Notes: generated by a model not told the origin, from the letters alone. DNA of 64,000 nucleotides from a bacterium (GCA_963681965.1 OY820579.1:3648001-3712000); one strand, 5' to 3'. Positions 21,501 to 30,247 are shown, numbered from the stretch's first letter. Numbers and translations are program-made.

Positions 21501-21921
21501 GTTCGTCTTCCACTTCTTTGCGATCGACCGCTTGAAAATTCTGATTGGCAGCTCCAATCGAATCGGGTGAAACCAGTGGCTTCAACTCCATTCGGAACAG
21601 TCGGCGATCCAATCCCAGTGCGGCAGCGCGATACTTCAGTTGTAAATCGACACCGGGTTGAGGCATAATGAGCCATAATTTTCCGGCAATTTCATCGATC
21701 CGATAATCGATTCCCGATATCAATAGTCGTTCGCCGGCATAGAGTGTATCGGTTCCATGAAATAGATAGGAATAGGGGAGAACAAACGGTCCGAGCGAAT
21801 CACCCGGCGTAATGCTGTATTCGTGGTGACTGGGATCGCGACCGGGCAACATCACGGCGGGTGCTTCCACCGCGAGCACCGGACCAACCAATAAAAGCAG
21901 CAATAGCAGGATCAGCGCCAT
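18523..21921 (-). CDS. Large (about 1130 aa) predicted outer-membrane beta-barrel protein of unknown function
   Basis: True start is probably ATG 21921 (MALILLLL... signal peptide). Contains many amphipathic beta-strands, terminal AYF, and the motif GSEKVYLDG.QLTRG..DYTVDYSTGEL. Confidence 0.7.
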   Translation of the reverse strand: MALILLLLLLLVGPVLAVEAPAVMLPGRDPSHHEYSITPGDSLGPFVLPYSYLFHGTDTLYAGERLLISGIDYRIDEIAGKLWLIMPQPGVDLQLKYRAAALGLDRRLFRMELKPLVSPDSIGAANQNFQAVDRKEVEDEQNADAKLSRSGSLLRAVTVGTGQDVGIESALRLQIDGKISQDVEIHAALSDQSNDIPPEGNTKTLREFDKIYIQAKSPSATVTMGDYGLEFGKGNRFATTTRQVQGADFQWRQPRWDVQASGAITRAKFRTIILQPSEGNQGPYILSDEANNLNVPVVPGSEKVYLDGSQLTRGETEDYTVDYSTGELKFTPKRPIHDDSRLIVEYETIPGNYNRGIVATHAGGRTPGKIFDIGVDYFHEADNTSNPVSFSLDNDARGALSRAGDDPNAAEFEGAKYDSTGKSDYNKIFDVFSNDSIFVFVEPATVGGTSSGYWQVVFSRFPGAGDYNQDFSVTAARTIYVFVGKGRGNYLPRIRVPLPEQHDLIGVRSKLKPIDGMTLSMESAYSNFNPNQLSSRNVERKGGAIIWDASYVQPAENGYSRWSLGTSYREIESNFRALERTTAIDEYRRWGSTDTMGTVGEITREANLGINPIRALRVQSDVGDQVRSDGSKSTRFGSGITYMIPLVATTTSFDRIDVDNSDLQSSDRLLFLNHRQAWKFGIFHPAYTTHYEDREVNALQSMKTGYRKYTHQADFVIERIGIHAISLQSTWRNDWTRLTDKMKPSLRAFGSQFVHTASSNLFETNTEWNHNETRYYQASADSASSVIVDLIKSTGTAHDQANSQSGEWSYSLNKTRSSRLVVVADSVGRGKGEYIRVGNQFIPSSDGEWVVYTRPSGDYAPVLELNATVGYRMRWERFEPFPLPGISTDTRIEIAEQTKTEHTLPIIFLDLRKFIGDSTLYGKQELRQEISYDTPRRQLWRLRWNTLRERNNLYVSGGQDRRFELWSLLFRSNTSNPVTYSCETQREWQWRNYIATTLASRDALSYRLLPSIGYRYKFKHEWRMDGTANYVKDRATNLKWWEFGALPSYTYFLKNSGRIYADVEFRSIITDATVVLPYELTSGRQRGSNWRWSVRGDMRLGANVNGSISYRGIKDNATSVIHEGRAEMTAYF

Positions 21922-22778
21922 CGGATAATACGAACCCCTTCGGAAGCAATGAGCGCGATATGCGATTCGGAAACAGCGGCAGCGGATACTTGATCCAGTG
22001 CAATATCGATCGGGGTGACGGTTTGTTTTTCCGTAAAGGTGTAAAGTGCTTTGGCGGTAAGCAGTGCATAAGAATTGGTGCTGTATGGTGCCAGCAATTT
22101 CGCGGCAATCGTATCGGCAAGTTCCACCCAATGACGCCCGGCACCATACCGCGTGATTGCCAGCAATTGCCTGCCGGGTAGCTGATTATCGAACAAAATG
22201 AAAACCGAATCGCGTGCCGCGACAATCGTTTTCACCGGATCCGATTCCGGCAGCGACACACGCCATGCTTCCCGCCCGAATAAATCGAATGCCAGCAGAT
22301 CGTTGCGATCCCGATCGATCAATAAAATCTCGCCGAAATTCGTTACCGTTAAACACGTTGCCAAGCGAAGGCGATACTCTTCAGGCAATTGAATCGTATT
22401 GACCAATTCGAACCGCCGATTGATCCGCAGCAATTGGTGCGTACTGCGATCGAAACACCAGAACCCGACACCATCGCGCGCCAATGCAATCGGTTCGCGC
22501 AATTTTCCGGGAAATGTCACTTTGCGAACATTCAATGCGGTATCGATTACCGACAATTCGCCGGTTGTGGCATCGGCAACCAACCATTGATCGTCTCCGA
22601 AGAATACGATCGATTGTGCGCGAATCCATTGGTTCGGTTCGGCGTGTACAGCAGGAATGACTAGCATATAAAACATAACGACGGCAATCAACAATCTTAA
22701 CTCAAACCGCGATCCCTGCATGCTGGTTGAAGCATTTATTCTGCTCGATTTCATGGAATCCTCGAACGCATAATACAA
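21912..22778 (-). CDS. Secreted NHL/beta-propeller-like hypothetical protein
   Basis: Hydrophobic N-terminus and NHL-like units (LREPIALARDG.GFWCFDR; VTNFGEILLID). Overlaps the next gene, suggesting an operon. Confidence 0.55.
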   Translation of the reverse strand: MYYAFEDSMKSSRINASTSMQGSRFELRLLIAVVMFYMLVIPAVHAEPNQWIRAQSIVFFGDDQWLVADATTGELSVIDTALNVRKVTFPGKLREPIALARDGVGFWCFDRSTHQLLRINRRFELVNTIQLPEEYRLRLATCLTVTNFGEILLIDRDRNDLLAFDLFGREAWRVSLPESDPVKTIVAARDSVFILFDNQLPGRQLLAITRYGAGRHWVELADTIAAKLLAPYSTNSYALLTAKALYTFTEKQTVTPIDIALDQVSAAAVSESHIALIASEGVRIIRWR

Positions 22779-22843
22779 CTTGGGCGCACCGGTATGGCGC
22801 GCCCGAAATATGCATCGTGACGTTTCATATCCGACACGAATAA

Positions 22844-24322
22844 TTACTTCTCCATCAATTCCCGGAAAATCTGTTCGTACTTGCGTGCACTGACTTCCCA
22901 GGAGTGATCGTCTTGCATGCCATTCACCCGAATCGCGTGTAGGATCGGGGGATTGTTGTAATAGGATAGCGCTCGTTTACAGGCTTTGATGAGTCCGGAT
23001 GCGACATTTTCCTTGAATACAATACCATTTCCGGCTTTCGTCTTTTCATTGAAATCGGATACGGAATCGACTAAACCACCTACCGGTCGAACGATCGGAA
23101 TCGTACCATACTGCAAACTGTACATCTGATTTAGTCCGCACGGTTCGTAGCGCGACGGCATCAGGAAAAAATCCGATGCCGCTTCGATCCGATGTGCCAT
23201 CGCATCGTCGAAATCGAGCGAGACCGAAACGTGTGCGGGATGTTTCTTTTTCAATTCAATCAGCTTATCGGCAAATTTCGCTTCGCCGACACCTAGAATG
23301 ACAATTTGTGCACCTTGCCCAACCAAATCCGGAATCGTATCGATGATTAAATCGATGCCCTTTTGCTCGCTTAACCGACCGATCATCCCGAACATCGGCA
23401 TGGCTGTATCGTTCTTCAATCCGAGTTCGACTTGTAGCATCTGCTTGCAGCGCGTTTTGCCCGTCAAATTCGCTACCGAATAATGTGCCGGAGTATCGGC
23501 ATCCTTCTCGGGATCCCAAACATCGGTATCGATCCCATTCAGGATTCCGACTAAATCTTTTTTCCGATGTTTTAGTACCGCATCCAACCCGCGACCCACT
23601 TCAAGTGTCTGGATCTCTTTGGCATAGGTCGGCGACACCGTGATAATCTTGTCCGCCGTAACGATTCCCGCTTTCAGGAAATTCAATTTGCCGGCAAGTT
23701 CAAGAGTACCGTTCGTCGCATAATCTTTTTTATCGGCATGAATTAAATCGGCATATTCGATCGGGAACGAACCTTGGTACGCTAAATTATGAATCGCCAT
23801 CACCGTTTTCGTTTTAGCGAAGAACGGGTTTTTGTGGAATTTCTTCTTTAATAAATAGGGAATTAATGCTGTCTGCCAGTCATTGCATAAAATAATATCC
23901 GGCGCCCAGTGCAAGGTTTCAAGGGCAACGAACATGCCCAGATTGAACATCGCGAATCGTTCGACATTGTCCGACCAATCCTCATTGGTTACCGGGTCGG
24001 CATAGAGACCGTCGCGATCGAAGAAGCCACGGTGTTCCATCAAATACACTTGAACGCGTTCCGGCAAGAGTGCTGCCGATCGGAGCGCAAACAGCTCCTG
24101 CTGATCGCCCAGCATCACCGGAATTTCCGACAATCGTTTCACTTCCCGAAGACTATGTTTTCGATCGCGAATCACACGATATTTCGGGAGTAGGATGCGA
24201 ATATCGTGACCAAAGGTCTTCAACCGTTTCGGTAATGCGCCCGATACGTCGGCTAATCCTCCAGTCTTGGCAAATGGTACCACTTCCGGCGACACCAGAA
24301 GGATACGCAGTGGTTCGGACAT
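22844..24322 (-). CDS. glgA: Glycogen synthase
   Basis: EVVPFAKTGGLADV, CNDWQT, IHNLAYQG, GILNGID and PSRYEPCGLNQMYS motifs. Confidence 0.96.
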   Translation of the reverse strand: MSEPLRILLVSPEVVPFAKTGGLADVSGALPKRLKTFGHDIRILLPKYRVIRDRKHSLREVKRLSEIPVMLGDQQELFALRSAALLPERVQVYLMEHRGFFDRDGLYADPVTNEDWSDNVERFAMFNLGMFVALETLHWAPDIILCNDWQTALIPYLLKKKFHKNPFFAKTKTVMAIHNLAYQGSFPIEYADLIHADKKDYATNGTLELAGKLNFLKAGIVTADKIITVSPTYAKEIQTLEVGRGLDAVLKHRKKDLVGILNGIDTDVWDPEKDADTPAHYSVANLTGKTRCKQMLQVELGLKNDTAMPMFGMIGRLSEQKGIDLIIDTIPDLVGQGAQIVILGVGEAKFADKLIELKKKHPAHVSVSLDFDDAMAHRIEAASDFFLMPSRYEPCGLNQMYSLQYGTIPIVRPVGGLVDSVSDFNEKTKAGNGIVFKENVASGLIKACKRALSYYNNPPILHAIRVNGMQDDHSWEVSARKYEQIFRELMEK

Positions 24323-24368
24323 TCTTCAATCCATCCCAGTAGTATAAATTTCTTGTTTCGTCATGCCG

Positions 24369-26030
24369 TCAGTCGACGATAGTGTCGATATCCGGCGGTT
24401 TATTTTCCTCGGTAGCCATCGGAACAAATTCGCCTGCGCCCTGACAGAGGTAGACCCGGTTCCGACCGTTCTGCTTCGCTTGATACAGTGCCATATCGGC
24501 AAGATGGATCAATTCCTCGGGCGATTTCACTTCGACAGTAGTACAGGACAAACCGATACTGATGGTAATATGTCCTTCGGGTTGTTTATGAGCATTGACA
24601 AAACTGAACGTTTCGACAATAAACCGCAGTTTGTCCGCTAACGCCGAAGCACCTTCCATCGATGCACCGGGCAGGATGATCGCAAATTCTTCGCCACCGT
24701 ATCGCGCCACAAAGTCGGTTTCGCGCACCGATCGTTTCAACAAATCGGCAATACCGCGCAAGACCTGATCGCCCTGAAGGTGTCCTTCCCGGTCGTTATA
24801 AATTTTGAAATGATCCACGTCGATCATCATTAATGCGACTTCGACGCCAAACCGTTGGAACCGCTTGAATTCGCGCGAGAGCTGATCCGAAAAGGCACGA
24901 CGGTTGTTCACGCCGGTTAATCCATCAACCGATGCCATCTGACTGAGCGACGAGAACAGCCGGGCATTTGCCAAGCTGCGGGTGAAGAGTTCCGCCATAT
25001 CGCTCAACCATTCCAGATCGCGATCGTTAACCCGATTCGTTTCACGGAAAAACAGCTTTAATATTCCGTGAACGCGACGCTCGTACACCAGTGGAAGAAT
25101 TACTGCGCTTTTCAGTTCGGTGATGAACAGTAGTTTGGGGTTCAGAACTGCATCTTCTTTAATCAAATCGGATATCAATACCGCATGTCGATGTCGATAG
25201 ATTGCACGCAGGATCGACGTTTGCAGTTCCAATGTCATCATCTTGCCGCCGTACTTCGTATCGTTGCGGCGCCAGGTAAATCGTTCGACAAATTTTTGTT
25301 TATCGCGATCGAATAGTTGGAGTTCGAAAAAGTCGAAATTGATTGCTTCTTTAAATCGGTCGGTAGCCACTGGAAGTAATTTTCCCAAATCCAATTCCCA
25401 AGCGATCGAATTGGCAAACGAATTCATTCGATCCGACCAGAGGATTCGGAAATCGCGATGTTCGTTACTCTCGTTGAAATGTTCAAGTAGATTCGTAATC
25501 AGTTGGAAGCGACTGCCGGAATTTGACAACTCCAGCCACATCGGATCGATTTTCTCGCCGTACCAATAGGTATGCAGCGCCGAAGAGATGGTCGTGGGAT
25601 CGGACGATACCCAAGTGGTGAAAACCGGTTCCTGCATTTCACGGGTCGAGAGATAGTCGGTCACGATAATCGTGATCGACCAACCCGATGTACAAAACCC
25701 AAAAAAGAATCCAATTTCCGGAACGTTTTGATGAAGAAACGGTAAGGTTTTCGATTGAGTCTTACCGTCGGTTCCGCGTCGAATCGATGTCCAACCGGCT
25801 TCGATCCAATCGTCAGTCACGCGAAAGTTCGGGAGTTTGTTCCGAATTTCTTCGGATTGCCAGCAAAATAGATCAAATGGTTCAGCGGGATTCGCTTCTA
25901 AAGTACTGCCAATCGAATAGAGTAACTGAAGAAAGGTGGTTTTTTTCAGAGGGAGTGAAATCATTCCGGGAAACGGGGGTTCACTCGCGGCAATCGCTTT
26001 TCCCAGCTTGCGCGGTTTCACTGACTGCAC
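24369..26030 (-). CDS. GAF-sensor diguanylate cyclase
   Basis: GAF-like region followed by DGLTGVNNRR, DVDHFK.YND..GHLQGD, RxxD I-site (RETD), GGEEF and ADMALYQAK..GRN. Confidence 0.92.
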   Translation of the reverse strand: MQSVKPRKLGKAIAASEPPFPGMISLPLKKTTFLQLLYSIGSTLEANPAEPFDLFCWQSEEIRNKLPNFRVTDDWIEAGWTSIRRGTDGKTQSKTLPFLHQNVPEIGFFFGFCTSGWSITIIVTDYLSTREMQEPVFTTWVSSDPTTISSALHTYWYGEKIDPMWLELSNSGSRFQLITNLLEHFNESNEHRDFRILWSDRMNSFANSIAWELDLGKLLPVATDRFKEAINFDFFELQLFDRDKQKFVERFTWRRNDTKYGGKMMTLELQTSILRAIYRHRHAVLISDLIKEDAVLNPKLLFITELKSAVILPLVYERRVHGILKLFFRETNRVNDRDLEWLSDMAELFTRSLANARLFSSLSQMASVDGLTGVNNRRAFSDQLSREFKRFQRFGVEVALMMIDVDHFKIYNDREGHLQGDQVLRGIADLLKRSVRETDFVARYGGEEFAIILPGASMEGASALADKLRFIVETFSFVNAHKQPEGHITISIGLSCTTVEVKSPEELIHLADMALYQAKQNGRNRVYLCQGAGEFVPMATEENKPPDIDTIVD

Positions 26031-26275
26031 TAATCCTCCCGTTGTGGTTCACCTATGGTAATGAATTGATGAATATAAAGGACTTAGTCGAAACCACAGC
26101 TCTCAAAAAGTACGAATTGTCCCGAAAATAATGTAACCACGATTCTCGCGCGCTCAAAGTAACCGGAGAAAAAAAATGAAATTCATAAGGTGATTTATCC
26201 CACATTTTGCGGTTTAACCACTAATAAATCAAAGGTTCGGTTTTTATTGTAGGATTAAATGCAATAATAAAAATA

Positions 26276-26857
26276 TTACTGCGCTTCAGATGCTGTCAAT
26301 AATACTTTTCGATAGACCGGATACATCTCATGATCCCGTTCGAGTTTGAATCCTGCCTTTTCGTAAATTGACAGAGGTCCGGTCCAGAGATCGTCCTGAT
26401 TGACCCGATCCTCCCACTTCACCGGGAAAGCTTCGACGGATTCAAAACCACTCTGCTGCAAATCCGCTAATAGCAATTTCAGAAACGGGAGCGTTAAACC
26501 CCGATTGCGGAATTCGGCGACGAGATACCAACAGGTGATCGCGGCGCAGTGCCGATCCGGTTTCCGCCGAAATTGTTTGGTCAATTTGGTGAAGCGATCG
26601 CGATTGCAGACTTGCACCCACCCGATCGGTTTGTTATCGCCGTAGAGCAGATATCCGTCATATTGACCGGTTGTCATCAGTTCTTCACGCTGCGTGCGAT
26701 TCTCTTCGGCAGTTCGATCCGACCACGACTCCCAGTCGGGTGACCACCACGCCATACAGTAGCAGTAGTCATGCCCGCTAGCAGTACCGTGAATGCGGTA
26801 GAAATCGTCTTTCGTTTCCGCCGAGAGCGGTACAATCGTTAGTGTGGGGGTGTGCAT
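26276..26857 (-). CDS. GNAT-family N-acetyltransferase
   Basis: CYCMAW, PIGWVQ, ITCWYL..EFRNRG, VEAFP and YEKAGF motifs. Start likely ATG 26857. Confidence 0.8.
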   Translation of the reverse strand: MHTPTLTIVPLSAETKDDFYRIHGTASGHDYCYCMAWWSPDWESWSDRTAEENRTQREELMTTGQYDGYLLYGDNKPIGWVQVCNRDRFTKLTKQFRRKPDRHCAAITCWYLVAEFRNRGLTLPFLKLLLADLQQSGFESVEAFPVKWEDRVNQDDLWTGPLSIYEKAGFKLERDHEMYPVYRKVLLTASEAQ

Positions 26858-26914
26858 CGATACCTCTGAATTGTATTCACTAGTGGCGCAAGCCTCCAAG
26901 CCTGCGATTGCCTT

Positions 26915-27144
26915 GCAGTACTGCCGATCTCCGAATCGGCTCTTTTGTCTGTTTATCCTTTTCGCTTCTCAATCGGTAAAGATATAAAAGATTACAAGAT
27001 GCCCAATCGGAGTTGGGCAGTACTGCCGATCTCCGAATCGGCTCTTTTGTCTGTTTATCCTTTTCGCTTTTCAATCGGTAAAGATATAAAAGATTACAAG
27101 ATGCCCAATCGGAGTTGGGCAGTACTGCCGATCTCCGAATCGGC
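26915..27144. repeat. 102-bp tandem repeat (2 full copies plus a partial) built from GTAC-type REP hairpins
   Basis: GCAGTACTGC starts at 26915, 27017 and 27119. The two full units differ at one base. Confidence 0.95.
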
Positions 27145-27363
27145 ATTCTTTTTTATCTTCTCGCAATTCCCAACACTCATTCTCGGCATCGGGCACTGCT
27201 TGCTGCACGAGTCGAATGCGATTGCTTTCGGCGAGTACTTTGTGGATCGCCGCTAAGGAAAAGAGAAAATAAAACGCGGCTAAATGAAGCCGCGCGAGAA
27301 TAAGCAAAATTGTCTGTAATTAAAATACTAAAGAAAGTGAATTAAATCTATCTACCCCTCCAT

Positions 27364-27735
27364 CTACGCGCCGGAGACCTCGAGTAGCATTTTGACTTTG
27401 GTGAGGAACGATTCCTGAGTGAAGGGTTTGATGAGGTAATCGTTCACGCCGGCATTCAGCGCGCTCAGGACTTCTTCGCGTTCCCCTTCGGTAGTCGCCA
27501 TCAAAATTGGCATGTGCGAGAAATTGGGGATATTGCGGACAAATTGAACGAGATGCAACCCATCCATCTTCGGCATCTGCCAATCGGTGATCAACAACGA
27601 AGTCTCTTCATCGAGTATTTTTACGGCAGCCATACCGTCAGCTGCTTCGATCACATGATCGAAGCCGTTCATGTTCAAGACCCGAACCATCATTTTTCGC
27701 TGAATCGCCGAATCGTCGACTACCAGAATTTTCAT
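27364..27735 (-). CDS. Stand-alone CheY-like response regulator
   Basis: KILVVDDS, TDWQMPKMDG, T at PILMATT, and YLIKPF. Confidence 0.92.
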   Translation of the reverse strand: MKILVVDDSAIQRKMMVRVLNMNGFDHVIEAADGMAAVKILDEETSLLITDWQMPKMDGLHLVQFVRNIPNFSHMPILMATTEGEREEVLSALNAGVNDYLIKPFTQESFLTKVKMLLEVSGA

Positions 27736-28019
27736 GCTCGTCCCGAATTGTTAAAATTCGCCGATCAATCTTAAATCGAATAAATTAATGTACAAAAAAA
27801 TCTTTCAACGTCAACACATTAATCTATTTTTCGAAAATTCATTGATCCCTACTTTACCTCATGAGAGTGAATGTCTTTCGATTCGTTTGGATCACTTCCG
27901 ATTCCTACTGGAATTTGGGTCGGTCGCATTCGTCCACCGCGAAACATCAATCGCGCTGTCAGAGACACAAAGCACACTCATAGAGTGTGCTTTGTGTAAA
28001 ATTTGTCGAGAAAATCGAC

Positions 28020-28487
28020 CTACCCCATTTTAATATCCCAGTCATAGGGAATTTCCGGATCGTTGAAGGGACGGCGATACTCGTCGGGATTCTGGTAGTT
28101 GTAGGGTTCGGTCACAGTATTGACCGTGATCGATGGATACACTGAAATCCCTTTCCAGCCGTGGTATACGCCCGGTGGAATTTTCACGGCGATGGGATTA
28201 TGCTCGCCGATAAAAAATTCGTTGACGAGTCCCTTTGTCGGCGAACCGTCGCGAGCATCGTACAGCGCCATCTTGATCATCCCGTGGATGCAGGTGGCGA
28301 AATCGGTCTGGATCGCGTGGTAGTGCCACCCTTTGATGACGCCGGGATTGTTCGTCGTCATGTAGACCTGTCCGAATTTTTCGAAGTGAGGATCGTCGCA
28401 GCGGAGGATCTCAGTCAGATGACCGCGCTCGTCGGCGACTTTTCGTAGCGGAACCACCAGGACTCCGTCAATCAATTTCTGGGGCAT
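28020..28487 (-). CDS. dTDP-4-dehydrorhamnose 3,5-epimerase family (RmlC-like cupin)
   Basis: DERGHLTE, PGVIKGWHYH, YDARDGSPT and IPPGVYHG motifs. Confidence 0.88.
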   Translation of the reverse strand: MPQKLIDGVLVVPLRKVADERGHLTEILRCDDPHFEKFGQVYMTTNNPGVIKGWHYHAIQTDFATCIHGMIKMALYDARDGSPTKGLVNEFFIGEHNPIAVKIPPGVYHGWKGISVYPSITVNTVTEPYNYQNPDEYRRPFNDPEIPYDWDIKMG

Positions 28488-28529
28488 TGTTTATTCCTTG
28501 GAAATATTCTATATCGTATCTCTTGGAAA

Positions 28530-28630
28530 TAAGTTGTTATCGTTAGTAGGGGCGGCTCCCCGCGGCCGTCCGCCTGTCAGGCAAAGGCTGACGCCGAAAT
28601 CGACAACTTACTATATCTTAAGAACCACTA
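28530..28630. repeat. MITE/REP-like element with TAAGTTGT...ACAACTTA inverted ends
   Basis: Related copy at 50509-50600 and partial copies at about 34697-34760 and 47015-47080. All contain a GTAG/GTCG-led GC hairpin plus a GTCAGG...CTGAC-like hairpin (only the right arm in the 47 kb copy). Confidence 0.75.
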
Positions 28631-28891
28631 TACATATTACGAAATTTGACGACCAAAATCGAATGGCACCGCATCATACGGTAATATGTCATCATCCTAC
28701 CGACAATTACTCCGATTCCACAGATATACAAGTAATTTGGTTTCGAATGAATCTATGCAAACAGGTTCAATTCTTGCTCTTGAGCCATCTCATCTCCGCA
28801 AATCTCGTCATCCAGGATAAATTACCAACAAAATATTCGGATTCACCAGTGGCAATACGTCTCCATTAATACGGAGAATCACATCGGTCCA

Positions 28892-29164
28892 TTACTTCGA
28901 GAAATCCTTGATAATCTCGATCACACAAAATACAATTGCGATTATTGTCATCACCCAGCTCAGATATGTAAGGAATTTGAGCTGTTTGGTTCGATTATAA
29001 AACTCATTAATCGCTGTCAAAGCCAGCAGCAGCATTCCCGTACCGATAAAATATGATCGACTCTGATAACTAGTGTATGATAGGAAAACCCACGCCGCGA
29101 GTTGCAACGTCAAAATTAGCTTTGGAGAAATTGGTGCCTTCTTGATCTCTTGTTTCGGTTCCAT
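28892..29164 (-). CDS. Small 3-TM membrane protein (paralog of the upstream gene)
   Basis: Start at ATG 29164 (MEPKQE...) with GGAGA upstream. Three hydrophobic segments. Confidence 0.6.
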   Translation of the reverse strand: MEPKQEIKKAPISPKLILTLQLAAWVFLSYTSYQSRSYFIGTGMLLLALTAINEFYNRTKQLKFLTYLSWVMTIIAIVFCVIEIIKDFSK

Positions 29165-29223
29165 TTGATCTCCCAGTTGTGATGATTCGGTATTCGTTAC
29201 TTCACCAATGATCGAAACACATT

Positions 29224-29496
29224 TCAGAGTTTGGAAAAATTCATTAAGAATAGAATTAATAAAACCAATGCAACAAAGATCGCTGACCGAGATAAGTATT
29301 TGTGTAATTTTGGGTTTTTCTTCTGGATGAGCATTTCGCTCAAACTGATCGCCAAGAGCATCACCCAAACGCCAGCGATCAAATAAAATTTCGAAAGAAT
29401 GAAACAAATAACCACTAACCCATACCCAAACACCATAATCAGGTCGAAGTTAAACCGAGCCTTTTTTTTTGGTTGTACCTCTTGTTCCGGTTCCAC
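29224..29496 (-). CDS. Small 3-TM membrane protein
   Basis: GTG start with GGAGG SD (MEPEQE...). Three hydrophobic segments. Confidence 0.62.
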   Translation of the reverse strand: MEPEQEVQPKKKARFNFDLIMVFGYGLVVICFILSKFYLIAGVWVMLLAISLSEMLIQKKNPKLHKYLSRSAIFVALVLLILFLMNFSKL

Positions 29497-29590
29497 ATGA
29501 CCTCCAAAATGACGATCGAATTTCCTTTACCTAATCAGCGAATAGAGTAAAAGCGAAATAATCTTCACTGCTTGAAAATCGTGTTTAATT

Positions 29591-30247
29591 CTACAAAACC
29601 TGCATCCAATCTGCGAGCAAAAAGAAGATCCGGTCGATCAATAATGCGATACGTGTCATCACCGTATAACCGTATCCCGCACCGAAACCGATCATCAGCA
29701 ATCCGGTACCGATCTTTGCAATCGATCCCCAGCTCCCCTTGTGCTCCTTCGAGAAAAAGAAATACACCAGAATCGTCAGCAGACCGACAACCGTGATGAA
29801 ATTAGTGCAGACATGCAGCAGAGTGATGATACCGGGGTGTTGCTGGAACTTGGCAATTTCGGCGGCATCGTACAACGGAATCATGCTGGCACGTATCTGC
29901 GATAGAAAATCGGCTTCGGCGAATGCCACCACCGCCAATCCGGCATAGATCCCGACAATGGCTGCCAGCGACCAGCGCGACAACCACGAGATCTTGTCGA
30001 CAAACCGGGTAAAGAGCAAAACGCTGAAGATCGCCGGAACGATCAACCACCAGTCTTTACCGGAAAAGAGTGGATCAGTCAGATTCGGACGGAGCGTATT
30101 GTGCCACGACAACGCGAGGATATACCCGGCTGCCACACCAACAAACAGATGTTCGGCGAATTTATAAAACGGATTGTCCTTGTACAGAAATGAGAGGATC
30201 ATGAGCGTGAGTGCCGCAGCGATCCAAATGCCGATATCGTGACTCAT
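29591..30247 (-). CDS. Uncharacterised polytopic membrane protein (gene 4 of the membrane operon)
   Basis: About 6 TM segments with motifs SFLYKDNPFYKFAEHLFVG and MIGFGAGYGYTVMTR. ATGA overlap with the upstream gene. Confidence 0.8.
   Translation of the reverse strand: MSHDIGIWIAAALTLMILSFLYKDNPFYKFAEHLFVGVAAGYILALSWHNTLRPNLTDPLFSGKDWWLIVPAIFSVLLFTRFVDKISWLSRWSLAAIVGIYAGLAVVAFAEADFLSQIRASMIPLYDAAEIAKFQQHPGIITLLHVCTNFITVVGLLTILVYFFFSKEHKGSWGSIAKIGTGLLMIGFGAGYGYTVMTRIALLIDRIFFLLADWMQVL

Noticed and set aside
21922-22131. 70-aa Cys-rich N-terminal extension of the large barrel ORF
   Set aside because: It overlaps the upstream gene in another frame, and a clear signal peptide begins at ATG 21921.
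22782-22804. Hairpin GGGCGCACC...GGCGCGCCC as a glgA terminator
   Set aside because: The stem is imperfect and there is no U-tract on the minus strand, so it is not supportable.
26915-27144. Possible mini CRISPR array (three palindromic repeats at regular spacing)
   Set aside because: The intervening sequences are nearly identical to each other and about 76 nt long, and there are no cas genes. It is a tandem duplication.
28498-28869. 123-aa plus-strand ORF
   Set aside because: It runs through a repeat element, has a TTG start without a clear SD, has no recognisable motif, and opposes all neighbouring genes.
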